Shown here: positions 39,403-51,140 of the stretch, one piece after another
Layout of the letters: each line of letters starts with the position of its first letter
How positions within the stretch are numbered: position 1 is the first letter of the stretch
NCBI GenBank assembly: GCA_040285855.1
Contig: JAUFOQ010000002.1
Location: forward strand, 186,001-250,000
DNA from: Eukaryota sp. GEM-RC1
Lineage: Eukaryota
Reading direction: 5' to 3'
Length of the DNA stretch: 64,000 bases
Position numbers and translations under genes: made by a program
Notes under the pieces: model-generated
Database searches by the model: none
What the model saw: the letters and a program-made list of their open reading frames with translations, nothing else
Told to the model about the DNA's origin: nothing

Positions 39403-40863
39403 CAGTGTTCGAAAATTTTCCACCCGGACGCCACCCGGGTGGTTTTCTATTCCACCCGGGTGGTCACCGGGTGGTCTAAAAATGAGAGACACTTTTTCAT
39501 GTTCTCCTCGATACACTTGTACTCATACATGCATCCGTATAACTCTCATCACTCACCCTAAAACTCCTTTCATAAAAGCAAAATACTTTATTCTAATCTA
39601 AACATTGGAACCATTCATCTAACATCTCCTCAGTCATTATGATCACGAACTTGTAGGTTCTGATGGAAACAAGGGTCAAAGAGTTCCATATCGTCATCAT
39701 CTTCGTCATCATTGACTTCAGCTTGTACTTGTCTCACAGGAACGTCTTCTACTTCTTCTTCTTCCTCTACCTCCATCTCTTCATACATTTCCACAATCTC
39801 TTCCGCCATCCATTGTGGGAAGTCCTCACGTGCAACTAAAAGCTTCTTTCGGAGTTTAAGATTGCAATAGACAAAAACGAGAGACTTCAGCAATTTTGTA
39901 CTCATTCTATTTCTTCTTTTGTTCATGATAAATCCAAATGCTGGCCAGTTTCTTTCAGCAGAAGATGCAGATGAAATTTGTCCCAACAACTGCGATGCTA
40001 CTGTTTTAAGTGGACTATCAGTTCCATGTAGCTTCCACCACTCATAGGCTGGTTGCTTCTGGGCTTCTTCCCAGATAAATGGATCATCGTAGTAAGGAGC
40101 CTTTTGGATCATATAATTTTGAAAGTCGGTATTGGCCTTTTCATAATCTTCTTTGCTGAGAACAGAACTAAGATATTCCCTCATAATCCTTAGGTAGTTC
40201 ACTAATCTTTCGCCTGAGTACCCCGCTAGTTTGGATTGGTTTTCAGGGTCCAACAAATGAGCAGTAATATGTGCTCGGGTTAGAACAGCATCCACTCGTT
40301 TCATTTCTATCGTCAATTGAAATCCAAGTCATGGTTCTGAGCAAGTCCAAAGTATTGTTGTACGCAGCGGCAGTTCTGTTCAGCAGTTTCCCAATATATG
40401 GAGTATCTTGATCAGAAAAAAGGATCAAATCGGCAAATGGTTTGAACAAATGAGAAATTTGACCTATTTTGTCCCAAAACGAGTACTGGCCAATACAAGG
40501 CAGAGACTCTATGTCTTTAACATGATGTAAAATTTCATGCATCTGCATCTTTTTTTCATGTGGCAACTTTCCAATCATTGCCAGAACATCGCTATGAAGA
40601 AGAGTAGTAATTACTGCATTCTTACACTCAATTATCCGTTGAAGCAATAAAAACCGAGTATAAAATCTGGTTTCTCCTGGAAAAAGTAATTTTTTTCTGA
40701 AATCTGATTAAAAACATCACGTGAGGTCTTGTGATTTCGAATGAATTTGGCAATTTTTTTTTTGCAATGTCAACGAGATTTTTGATGGTGGGAATACGTC
40801 CTTCTACATTGGTTAAAGCAAGATCGAAAGTATGAGCAGCACAAGGAAGCCAGAAAACTTTTC
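39403..40863 (-). mobile_element. 5'-truncated hAT transposon (3' TIR plus C-terminal half of the transposase)
   Basis: TIR CAGTGTTCGAAAATTTTCCACCCGG at 39403; VFWLPCAAHTFDL, PGETRFY, AHLLDP, SSASSAERNW in shifting frames. Confidence 0.88.
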
Positions 40864-40956
40864 ACACATCTTCCTTAATTACTCTACAAAATCCGAAGGC
40901 AATACAGTATACATTTCTGCATACTCCCTCCGGGGAAAGCTATACTACGTTACTAA
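40864..40956 (-). ncRNA. Candidate Fanzor omegaRNA scaffold
   Basis: Directly 3' of the Fanzor stop: CCGGAGG-g-AGUAUGCA-GAAA-UGUAUACU-guauug-CCUUCGG nested hairpin with G.U pairs. Boundaries inferred. Confidence 0.6.
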
Positions 40957-43900
40957 CTACGAGAGATATTCAGGTCTTCCTCTCCCTTCTCTATACCCAT
41001 CTACTATTCTCAACATATTCAAACACGCAAGCTGATTACGATTCCAATACTTTCTCTCACTTGATCCTCTACAATTCTCGCTTCGACATTCAAGTAGATC
41101 ATGACAAAGCACTTTTGGAGTTTTTTCTCTTCTGTAGGGTCTTGGATTCTCGATCTTGTGGAACTTCTTCACCTCACTTTCACAATCTGGGCAGCAACTG
41201 GATGTTTTCTTTTCATTCAATAAAACGACTTCAAATCCATTTCTTCTCAAGAAAGACCGCCATCCGATTCCTCTTGTCGGTCTGTGATGTTTCAAATTCA
41301 CTTGACCATTTGCCCCAAAATCACCCATACAGATCAGTAGTTCTTCTCTTCTTCGTCCAAAAGTCGATTCGAGTGACTTCAACAACCAGGACTCTACTTT
41401 CTGCTTATGGATGTAGGAACGCATTTTTTGGATGCGCCATAAGGCAGAACAGTAAAACCAAGCGGTTGAAGTCACTTGTTTCATTTTGGCCTGGACCCAA
41501 GCTTCGAGATCAGCAAACGTGGCAGATTTTGGACTTAATCCTGAAAGCAAGCTATCAGTTTCTTCAATTGTGAGCGGTGGAGTACTTTGAGAATCTTGAT
41601 TTGATCTGTTTCTTGATGGTCTAACTTTGAACTTTCTTCTGGCACCTTTTAGCAGGTGTTGTTGCTTTCTTGCTACCACAGTCCATTTGCATTGTGTCAG
41701 TCGCAGCCAATTACACTTGTTTTCTTGAATTTGTTCTTCATTTCTTCCACCAAAATAAAGTAGATCCCTTTTCCAGGGTCACAGACAACTACTTTTTTTG
41801 TTGTAAATTTTTCTGCTCGCATGTCTTTACAATAAACTTCTTTAATCTTTCCTTGTAAATCATCCTTACCTCTTTTTTCACCAGCAAAGTCGCGCCTAAC
41901 TAGCTCAATTGAACAGTTTTGGCCGTCACTGTGGATAATGTTGTTGAACACATAATCTTTCTTTTTGAACTCTTTTAAATCGAAGTTTACAAACATTTTC
42001 CAAAAATCATGTTGGTCTTTTGGTTTGAACTTGGTCACCTCTGCTTGGTTGTTCATTAACTTCAGATCCTCGGTTTTTTTGTTTTGCCTGACGATACTCC
42101 ACAAAGTTCTAGTATCAATAGGAAAGTAGCCTGGAATTACCGTGGTTACAGCGGGAAACCAGTGAAAAGCCGCTTCTTCTTTCTCCTTCACATAACGATT
42201 CATAGTTATGGCTGCCGGCATGAATAATTGAGGCTTTTTTCCAGTTCCGAAATTTTAGTAAATGGTCGAAGCACTCTTAATTCAAAAGGAGGTGATCTCT
42301 GCAAAATTTCAAATTTTTCAACGACATACGGGTAAATAAAGGCATCGTATAAAAGTCTTGTTCGTGAGGTCTCACTCCTTTTTCCCCCTGCTTTGTCCTT
42401 CCAATCTTCTTCAAACTTTTCTAGGCAAAATTGATTTGAAAGGAACAAGTTGAAGTTATCGACAGATTCAGCAGTAAAAATGTCTTTAATCTGTCGAAGA
42501 GCAAAACGATACAAAGTTAAAGTTTGTTGACAATCAGGTCGTTCTTCTCTTGGCAGCTCTTTAATTAAATTTGAAATTTCTTCTTCAGACTGCTTTTTTC
42601 CAAAATATACGTTAATGAAACGATTAATCTGTTTTTCAAAGTGGAGTTTCAAGTTGTTGTTAATGTTACACAAGAGCACTGGAGCAATGTATTCTGGTGG
42701 TCTAGAGAAGCCTTGAGGAGGAAACATTGGAAAGTTATGGCCTTCATTTGCTTCTAACTGAATACGATAGCCCTTGTGAATTGAGTTGCTGTCGAATTGT
42801 GCTTCTCCCATGACAAATCGTTCTAAGTCCGCATCAATTGCACTACTGGGCCGTTTATAGGGCTGACCATAAAATTGGGCACAAAGATAATTTATTCGAG
42901 TCATTACAGACGTAATCATTTGTTCAGTAATTTCAGGTAACGCTTCTCCACGTTCAAATCTTGCTGTTAAAAACAATTGCAGGCATTGTAGAGTATGGCG
43001 ACGAAGTTCGTGAAATTGAGGTGCTAGCTGCACAATGTTTTCAAAGACATCACGATGCTTCAAAATTCGTGGAAGAGTAGACTTTACCATCCTATAAGTT
43101 GGAAGAAGAAATTTTTCTTTCTGGAATAGCATACAAAGTTTTAAAGTTAAGTTGGCGTGTTGATAATTGTAATCAACTAAGAGAGAGACCAGTGTACTTT
43201 CACACCAACAATCAATGGGCAATAAATTTCCAAGTTCCTCCTTCTTAAGTTTGAGACAAAATTCGTGTATCAGATTTCGTGTAAGAGATGGTAAATCATT
43301 TCCAAATTTCATTGTGAGAAAACGTTTTGCGAACAATAAAGTATCAAGTATCAAGTATCCGTGTTTATTTTTAACAACTTCACGCCAGTTTTTAGATAAA
43401 AGATTAAGGTTGGATTCTTGGAAATTAACAGGCCATTGGAACTGATAAAACTGGAAACGCTTTTCCAAAACTTTGAAGTCAAATCCAATAATATTGTGAC
43501 CAGTAATGAAATTTGGCTGGTAATCTTGAATCACGTCTATCAATATATGGAGCAGGACCAACTCATTGGGCACAACATAGATTTCAGTTCTTGGGGATAA
43601 ACTGCATTCAATTGGAGAAGGTAGGTTTGTTGCACAAAGGTTGACACAGATAATAATTGATTTTTCTTCGTAAAAATTTTCTTCATTAAAACGGCCAAAT
43701 ATTAATGCAACTGACATAACTTTTTGGCTAGCAATCCATCGATCATGTTCTTCTGAATTCATCTTTTTTAACTTCAGCGATTCCTTTCCTCGAAGCTTAC
43801 TTAATTCCTCCGTAATAGCTGTTGGAATTTCATCATCATGATGCATTGTCTCCAGGTCAATAGACATAATTTTTGGAAGAGCATAAGTATTAGGGTGTTC

Positions 43901-44774
43901 TTGAGCACATCCGAATTCAATCAAATTCTGTTTTTCGTTGTTGTCATGTGGCTTAATTTTCCTCAAAGCTTTGAGACAAGATTTCTTAGCAGGAAAAACT
44001 CTATTAGACAGGCGTTGTCCATTAATTTTCAAGGGAGCTCTCCGTGATTTGGCCTTAACTTGAGCCTTTTTGGCAACTCTTGCTAAAATTTCGAGATCGG
44101 ACATTGGAGGACTAGAACTACTATCAACTCGACTTTTTTTTAACAGGGGGGAACAATGGAAGTCGAATCATCAAGTCGAATAAAAGGAAGACTCAATCTT
44201 GTACCGATGGGATCAGAATTGGGATTAGATTGTGGACCTGGATTGGATTCCACATCACCATCAGACGTAAGATCAATTTTGAACTGCAGTCTACAATCAA
44301 AACTGACAGAAATTTGCAAAAACGACACTTCAATAAAATTTCACCACCACCACCAAAACCACCACCACCACCGATCCACTGAATTTTACAAGGAGGCAAG
44401 TTTGGGGGCTGGAAAGCAGTGTGTTGCCCTGGTGGTTCTATCACCATGCTGGGCATGTAAAAATGATAGGCCTGACTGCCAAAAACAACACACATACTCC
44501 CATAAAAAACCCTCGACTTCGAAAAAATAAAAAATTTGGATTGAATTGGATCAATGACCAAAAATGCCTTCCTTGGGGTTTTGCTTGAACAATGATGCCT
44601 TTGAATAGCATATTGCCGCCCGGTCCCACCCAGGCTGTATGGATACAAGATATCTACAGAAGTTGCTTCTGTAGAATTCCACCTGATTTGATAGGATGAC
44701 TTTCCCACCAAAAACAGGCCTCTCATAGCCGTCGAATCAATGAACATCGACATGTGAGCAAAAAAATGGACCAT
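40957..44774 (-). CDS. Leader-2A-PolB exonuclease-Fanzor1 polyprotein (four 1-nt breaks)
   Basis: 2A GDVESNPGP; Exo motifs SIDLET, GHNIIGFDF, YNYQHA; Fanzor motifs NNNLKLHF..INRFIN, FP.....PGYFPIDT, IHSDG..CSI, VCDPGK.DLLY, GDFG, NEKKTSSCCPDC, C....C, WNRN.LACLNM, RPEYL. Confidence 0.8.
43130..43875 (-). other. Family-B polymerase-type DEDDy 3'-5' exonuclease domain, in frame with the Fanzor N-terminus
   Basis: IMSIDLET (ExoI), NELVLL...P.FITGHNIIGFDF..L..R (ExoII), LDTL, YNYQHANLTL (ExoIII, D>H); no stop or frameshift before TYRMVKSTL. Confidence 0.8.
44233..44274 (-). other. 2A (StopGo) ribosomal skipping peptide
   Basis: DLTSDGDVESNPGP matches the consensus D(V/I)ExNPG|P. Confidence 0.88.
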
Positions 44775-44810
44775 TTTGTGGGTTGTTGGTATTTATAGAT
44801 GTGTCTACAG

Positions 44811-47391
44811 CAGGGATTCCTAAAGTAGTCAACTTTTTCAGAATTAAAGTAAAGTAGTGTACACTACTTTACTTTATACTTTACTTTACTTTACACTTTA
44901 ACATACTTTAAGAATGTATAAAGTGATCCTGCATCTTACAATTTTGTTCTTCAATTATCTCTTCAGTTTTATGACATCTCTTCCTTCCGAGGAATGGAAA
45001 ACTCTCTGTGAAGTAGTGGAAGTAGTCTCTAGCACATGTGCCCGGTTCCGTTGTAAGCTGTGTGACGTCGTTCATTCTGTCAACAGGTGGACAATGGAAG
45101 GACATTTCTTACGTGACCTACCTAAAAAGCGTCCCATCTCGCTCTGTTCCAACATTGGACCTCCTGGTTCACAAAATGCGCTCAATGTTGCTGCTCTTAG
45201 AAGATACGTAGAGACTCATTCCCGGGGGCGTAAGCGGAAGGCTTCTCAACAGTCTACACCTGAGACGAAACGAAATGACCTACAGCCCTTTCTTTCTCCC
45301 GTTCCTGAACCTCCTGTCGATGAATCATCTACTGTGGTTGTCATCTCTGAGTCTGATCCAAATACATCATCTCTTTCTCCGACTTCTGCTGTCACGGCTA
45401 TTCCCCAGCCAACAATTGAAACTACTATTCCCATTGCAACTTCCCCCCAAGATCTGTAACTTAAAGCAGACAAAACTAAAGAAATTTTATCAAAAAAGTA
45501 GCAACCAAAATCTAGATGAAGTTGTTGCTCTTTATGCTCTAGGAGAAGGATTACCACTCACTAAAGTTTCTAAATCGACAAGGCTGCAAAATGTTATTGA
45601 AGGAGCTGTCGAGCATTATAAGCTGTACAACGAAGTTTTTGAATTACCATCTTATCAGAAATTGATGGACACAGTGGCTCCCAAAATTATTAAAAATGTT
45701 AAAAGACAAAGTACAGTCGACATTGCTACCCTTTGCACTGGTTGGACTTTAGTTATAGATGGATCAGAGATAAATTATAACAGTTTAATTAATTTCTGCC
45801 TTGTTGGTCCAAACAGGACAATTTTTTACAAATGCATTGAATGCAATTATCAGTCAAAGACTGCAGATTTCCTTAAAAATCTTTTTGTTTCAGTTCTCAA
45901 CGAAATTGGTCCTGAATATGTAAATTTTGTCATTACCGATGGAGCAGCAAATTATTTAAATGCAGCAACAGCTGTCCAAGATGTTTTCCCAGCCATCACA
46001 AGGATGCGGTGTAGCATTCACACACTCAATTTGTTTTTAAAGGACATTTGCTCGCCGACTTCAAATTACGTTGTGCCTTCAATTCGAAGTATTGTCGAAA
46101 AAGCCAACAAAGTAGTTGATTTTGTTGTTAACAAGCCTTTCATCCGGAAGCTTTTGAAAAAGTCAACCCAGAAGAAATTAAAACGAATTTGTTTGACACG
46201 ATTTTACACTCAATTCATCGTCATTGAAAGAGTACACGAATTGTACCAAAATGTCAATAACACTCTCACGAATGAAGACTATATCACCTGGCTTGCTAAG
46301 CCACAACAAGCTAGAATTAGAGAAGTATCTGCTGAGGTCAAGCTAATAGTTGCCGATGATGATTTTTGGGTTCAGGTAAAATTATTAATTGACTTCTTAC
46401 GACCAATCATTGACTTAATGCTGAAAATGGACAGTCTAACGCCAATTATGGGAAAATTGTACCGATACCTCGAATTGGAAGATCTGAGGTTATCGACAGC
46501 TCAGTTATCCATCCTAGAACCAGGTGAAATTGATAGCATAAGAAGTCGATTTCAGGTTCGAAAGAACCAATTAGCACATCCTTGTGTTAAAGCTGCATTC
46601 TGTTTGGATCCTGAAAACAGAAACATTGTCAGACTGAGTCGATACCTTGACTGTAGGAACGCACTTTTTGGTCTCATTGAACAACGGTTCGGTGAACGTA
46701 AGAAACCAGATGTTTTGCAACAGTGGAATGAGTACTTAGTTGGAACTGGGGAGTTTGAACATGAAGCAATTTTTCTTAATGCAAGGAAACAATCTGCTCA
46801 TAACTGGTGGTATGCCAATGGAGGGGACCAAGAATTATCTCAATTGGCAGTAAAACTGCTAAGTAGTGTTGCCTCCAATTCAGAAGCTGAAAGAAACTGG
46901 TCTGACTTCAGTGTTGTCTGTACCAAAGAGCGATCCAGACTAACAAGTGAGAAAGCCAGTGACTTTGTGATGATCAAACACAACCTGAAGAGGGGAAAGA
47001 TAATGAGTAGAAAGTTCTTTGACTGGATTGATGAAGAAGTTCTTGGTCCTGAGCTTGACAATTTAGAGGTCACAGATGATGAAGAAGTACAGCCTGTGGT
47101 GGAGGAGATATTGGTTCCTGAGTAATCTGTAGAAGAAGTGAAAACTTGAGTGCTCACCCACTCTTGATATGTATAGTTTAGATTTTGTAGTTTTTGGTGA
47201 GTTTCTACTTTATAAAAGTTGTTTAAATTCCTACTGTCGAAAGGAATAGATGTATACGGGATGGCTGGAGCAACCCTAGCAATCAAGAAAGAAAGTGCTT
47301 AAAGTGCTTAAAGTACTGAAAATATCTTAAAGTAAAGTAAAGTAAAGTAAAGTAAAGTGCTTAAAGTACTTTACTACTTTAAGAATCCCTG
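44811..47391 (+). mobile_element. hAT DNA transposon
   Basis: 19-bp TIR CAGGGATTCyTAAAGTAGT; perfect TSD GTCTACAG; AAAGT subterminal repeats. Confidence 0.95.
44971..47125 (+). CDS. hAT transposase (frameshift ~45445)
   Basis: CKLC...H...C finger; VIDGS, ITDGAANY, CSIHTLNL, TRF, AFCLDP, SNSEAERNWS. Confidence 0.92.
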
Positions 47392-48282
47392 GTCTACAGT
47401 GTCATGTCAGTTAAGACATTTATTGACGATTGTCTTCATTTTTCACTTTTCAGTGTCCTCTACATGTACAATGTATAGGTTGATCTTGTCAATATATCTT
47501 TCTTTTTAATTTTACTTTGGGATGTCTTATCTACATTTACTAAGAAGACACCATCTCTACATGTTCGATTCAATTCGTCTTTTCGCCTTTCAGCATCTTC
47601 GGCCGAAGCAGAAGATCCTCCATTTCTCTCAACCAACGATTTCACTGGTGCTGATGAGATCTTGAATGAATTATCAGTAAGTACAACTGACATCTTGTCA
47701 TCCGAATGTTGGTCTTGATTTCATCACTTATTGAAGCTTAATACAATCCCGAAGACTGGATTCATTGTACCGTTTACACTGATTCTTCCCCAAAGAGTTT
47801 TGTTCCTTACAGTTTGTTTCCGAGATCTCAGAAATCTTCTATCGTTTCAAGTCTTCTATTTCGCTCAGAAGATCTACCCTTCTCAAGATCTACCCTCTCT
47901 AAATCCCCTGCTTTCATGTCTTCAAGACTGAGAGCAACCAACCATCCCTCTCTCTTCATTACGTCCTTCAAGCAGATTTATGCTCATCGTAATTCCATGT
48001 TGTAGCCCATCAAATTGTTTCCCCTCCATGTAAGAAGCCTCTGATCTTTCCTGAAGACAGTGGTCAACCTTTTAACATTCCTCCGCCCACTCTTTCATCT
48101 CGTCAGTCTCTTAGTTTGTACAATTTTTCTGTCATTGTGAGAACTGTACCAATGGAACGCAAATGCTCCGTACCGCGGCGATTTTAGACGTACGATACCG
48201 TACGTACGGTACATGTACCGGCACTGTTCTTTTGACCGATCAAAATATATTAATACTTTTTTGAACATGATATTCCCGTTAC

Positions 48283-48430
48283 TTTTATAGAACAAAAACA
48301 CTAAAATAACCACAAATACTTTTTTTTACCCTAACAGTTTTATAGAACAAAAACACTAAAATAACCACAAATACTTTTTTTTACCCTAACAGTTTTATAG
48401 AACAAAAACACTAAAATAAACACAAATACT
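48283..48430. repeat. 55-bp tandem repeat, ~2.7 copies
   Basis: TTTTATAGAACAAAAACACTAAAATAACCACAAATACT... at 48283, 48338, 48393. Confidence 0.9.
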
Positions 48431-49009
48431 AGAACTCAATATCATTAAAGCAACAATTATTGCCATTAAAACTCACATCAGTTTTTTTATAATAAGATTA
48501 CCATTTTGTGCAACTAAAGGAAGATTTACGTATCTGACAACGTCGAGGTTTTTCACAATACACACAAACTGTTGGAAAACGTGCCACCTCCAATTGTCCA
48601 GGAATGCTATGATGAAAGAACACCTTACAAGTGAATCTGATACCAAAAATTTTGAAGGTATGTCATTTGAACAACTCTTAAAGGAAATTAACAGAGCTCA
48701 GAGTCTTAACAATTAGACAGAACAAATGATCCATTATTTATGCCATTATCTAGTTAAGTCATTTTCAGTAGAACATGAAATGAAATGTTCTGTTTGAACG
48801 TTTTTTACAGGCCTGTTTGCCTGTCTTTGAAAAGACACTGTGTCCGAGTCCAAAAATTCCCTCTCGTGTGTCTTCTAACACTCGTCTATATTGAGCATAG
48901 TCTCACGACTACTCCATTGTATCAATACCAGTAAGACTAATTCGACAAAACAGTGTAGCAATAGAAAATCTATTTGATAAAATACTTTTATTAACACGTA
49001 TTTATTCAT

Positions 49010-50901
49010 TTACTCTGAAAACTGAAACATCTTTACTAAATCCTTGTCAAACAATGGCTCATTGGAATAATTCAGCAACATAAAAGCCCATGATAAACTT
49101 GAAAGCCACTCCACCATAGTTTCATCAATCTCAAGCTTTCTCAGAGTTAGTGGAGGTTGAGAAGGTAGGAGGCCAACAATAGTGAAATTTTTAATAAATT
49201 CACGTAATACTGTGGGAGTCGGAGTATAATCAGAGTTTTGAGAAATAGATTTAACTTGATTTCCCAGTGATTGGAACAACTTCATTATAGTATTATAATG
49301 AACTGATTGATGAATCTTTGACAATTTACGAGTCAAAACTTCATTATCTTCGACGCGGTCAGAAAATCCCGCGAAATTTAAAAAGAATTCTCACACACCA
49401 ACATTGAATAAATTAAATGATCATTCAGAGTGTACTGGTAATGAACAATATTACTAAAGAATTCTAGTAAGAGCTCAACTAAATCACAGTTTGTGGGATT
49501 ATGAAGCAAAAATCGATCACTTGACAAAAATTTAAATAAATCCAAATATTTCCCAGCAGTAATATGATGAATCTTTTTCAAATAAGGCGACACGTTCACT
49601 AGCGAAATAAACAAAGTCTTAGCAAAAGCAACATTTCTATTCAACAACTTAACAATCAATCGATGAGAAACCAACAGAAACAGATCCCCCAGAAGACCAT
49701 CAATTGAAGGTAGATCTGGGAGCTTCAAAGTGGAGGACAACGGGGTGTTCAAAGCCACACAGAAGTCTCTATTCTCTGAAAGAATGCAAAAAAGATGTCC
49801 GAATAGGGAAAGTGACCCAGTTTTTAACTCATTCACGTCAGACTCATAGGTCAAATCAATGGCTAAATGAGAGGCAGGTACTAAGAATGCTTCTATTGAG
49901 AGTCTTGCTGCTAGATAAGAGATGATACTGGTATGAGACAGTAAGATCTTGAGGAATAACAGTAAAATATCTTGATCTAATGACACTTCTACTGAGACAC
50001 CATGGACCGAATAGGACTTAACCACAACAGGATTGTTGAAAAGAGAAGAAAATCCACTACAAATGAGGTCAAAATCAAAGGATTGATTGATTGAATTCAA
50101 ATGCGCAATAAAGATGTTTTTGATTGGTTCAGTTGATCTAGTGCTTGAACTCAGAGGTTGTTCTAGTAGAAGAGTGAGTAAATGAATAGAGGCTTCACAA
50201 AGGGGGGTTTTGTGATCAGTTCCAAAAGATCCAAATAATTTAAATTTCTTCTCTCTGTGAGAAATAATTGTATTTACAAGAGATAAAAAGAATTCTCTCG
50301 AATGTTGATGTTCACAAGTAATGAATGATTCAAAGTAGACATTGGGCCCAGCTTTAGGCTCGTTGAACACTGGCCAAGAAATAAAGGAACAAATACAACG
50401 AAGAAGTTCATAGCGACAAATGTCCATGTGAGAAGGAGCGGGTGTAATGGAAGGGACTTCAACACCAATGTTCCAGATAAGGACAGAGTGTTTAAGAGGG
50501 ACTGTGAATCCAGGGTGAACAGATAGTTGAATAAAGGTGTGACTGAAAGAGGAGACTTGTTTGGAAGAGAGCGAGTCTGAAGAGAAGGAATGGATGTAAG
50601 GAAAGACAAAGGTCAGGAGCTTGAGGATGCCAAGAGCAAGATGGATAGGGAATTCAGTGGGATAATCTGGTTGAACTATTTCTTCTAGGTTTGTTAGAGA
50701 GACGGATAATAGAGAGGAGACATTCTCGGGGAAGTTTTTGATGAGTTCCTGCATGTCTTGGGTACTGAGGTGGCTGGCGAGATCAGACTCAAGGGCAGCA
50801 AGGTCAAAGAGAGAGTTCCAAAACTCCACGTTCGAGGCTTCAACATGTGTAGTTTTAAGTGTTTCTAAGCATGACGAAGACGAAGATTGTGTGTTACCCA
50901 T
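49010..50901 (-). CDS. HID1: HID1/Ecm30 (dymeclin-related) Golgi protein (frameshift ~49380)
   Basis: N-terminal MGN myristoylation motif; IW..GV, R.ELLR, SENRDFCVALN.P, NVSPYLK, YQY..N..LIY. Confidence 0.75.
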
Positions 50902-51140
50902 TGAAAGGTGGTTCAATTTGGAATTTGAAAAAGTGGAAAACCCAACTCAATGCTTGATGATCCTTGAGCTTTTCTACAACATTCATTCATCAAAAACTGT
51001 ATCACAATGGCCTATTCTCGCTTCTAAAACCAGCCAAAGAATAAAAAGAAAAAGTTCATTTCATCACGTGATTTTTTGACCGAAGGCTATAAAAAGGATT
51101 TCTCCATTTTAGGAAACTACATTTTCTCCTTCCTATTTCG

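Noticed and set aside
42206..44104. Family B DNA polymerase or Polinton
   Set aside because: Only the exonuclease domain is present; no palm motifs (DxxSLYP, YGDTDS), capsid or integrase genes.
41760..44345. Programmed -1 frameshifting in the Fanzor polyprotein
   Set aside because: The same single-base losses at homopolymers break beta-tubulin, HID1 and transposases; sequencing error is the simpler explanation.
44156..44530. Plus-strand ORF with poly-His
   Set aside because: Antisense shadow of the Gly linker and 2A region.
44441..44629. OTU protease-like motif (GPGGNMLF) upstream of 2A
   Set aside because: Lacks the catalytic Asp and Cys of DGNCLF and lies in a short alternative frame.
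47460..48110. Minus-strand coding-like tract as the missing 5' half of the interrupted hAT or a Fanzor partner gene
   Set aside because: Multiple stops and no recognisable motif; cannot be assigned.
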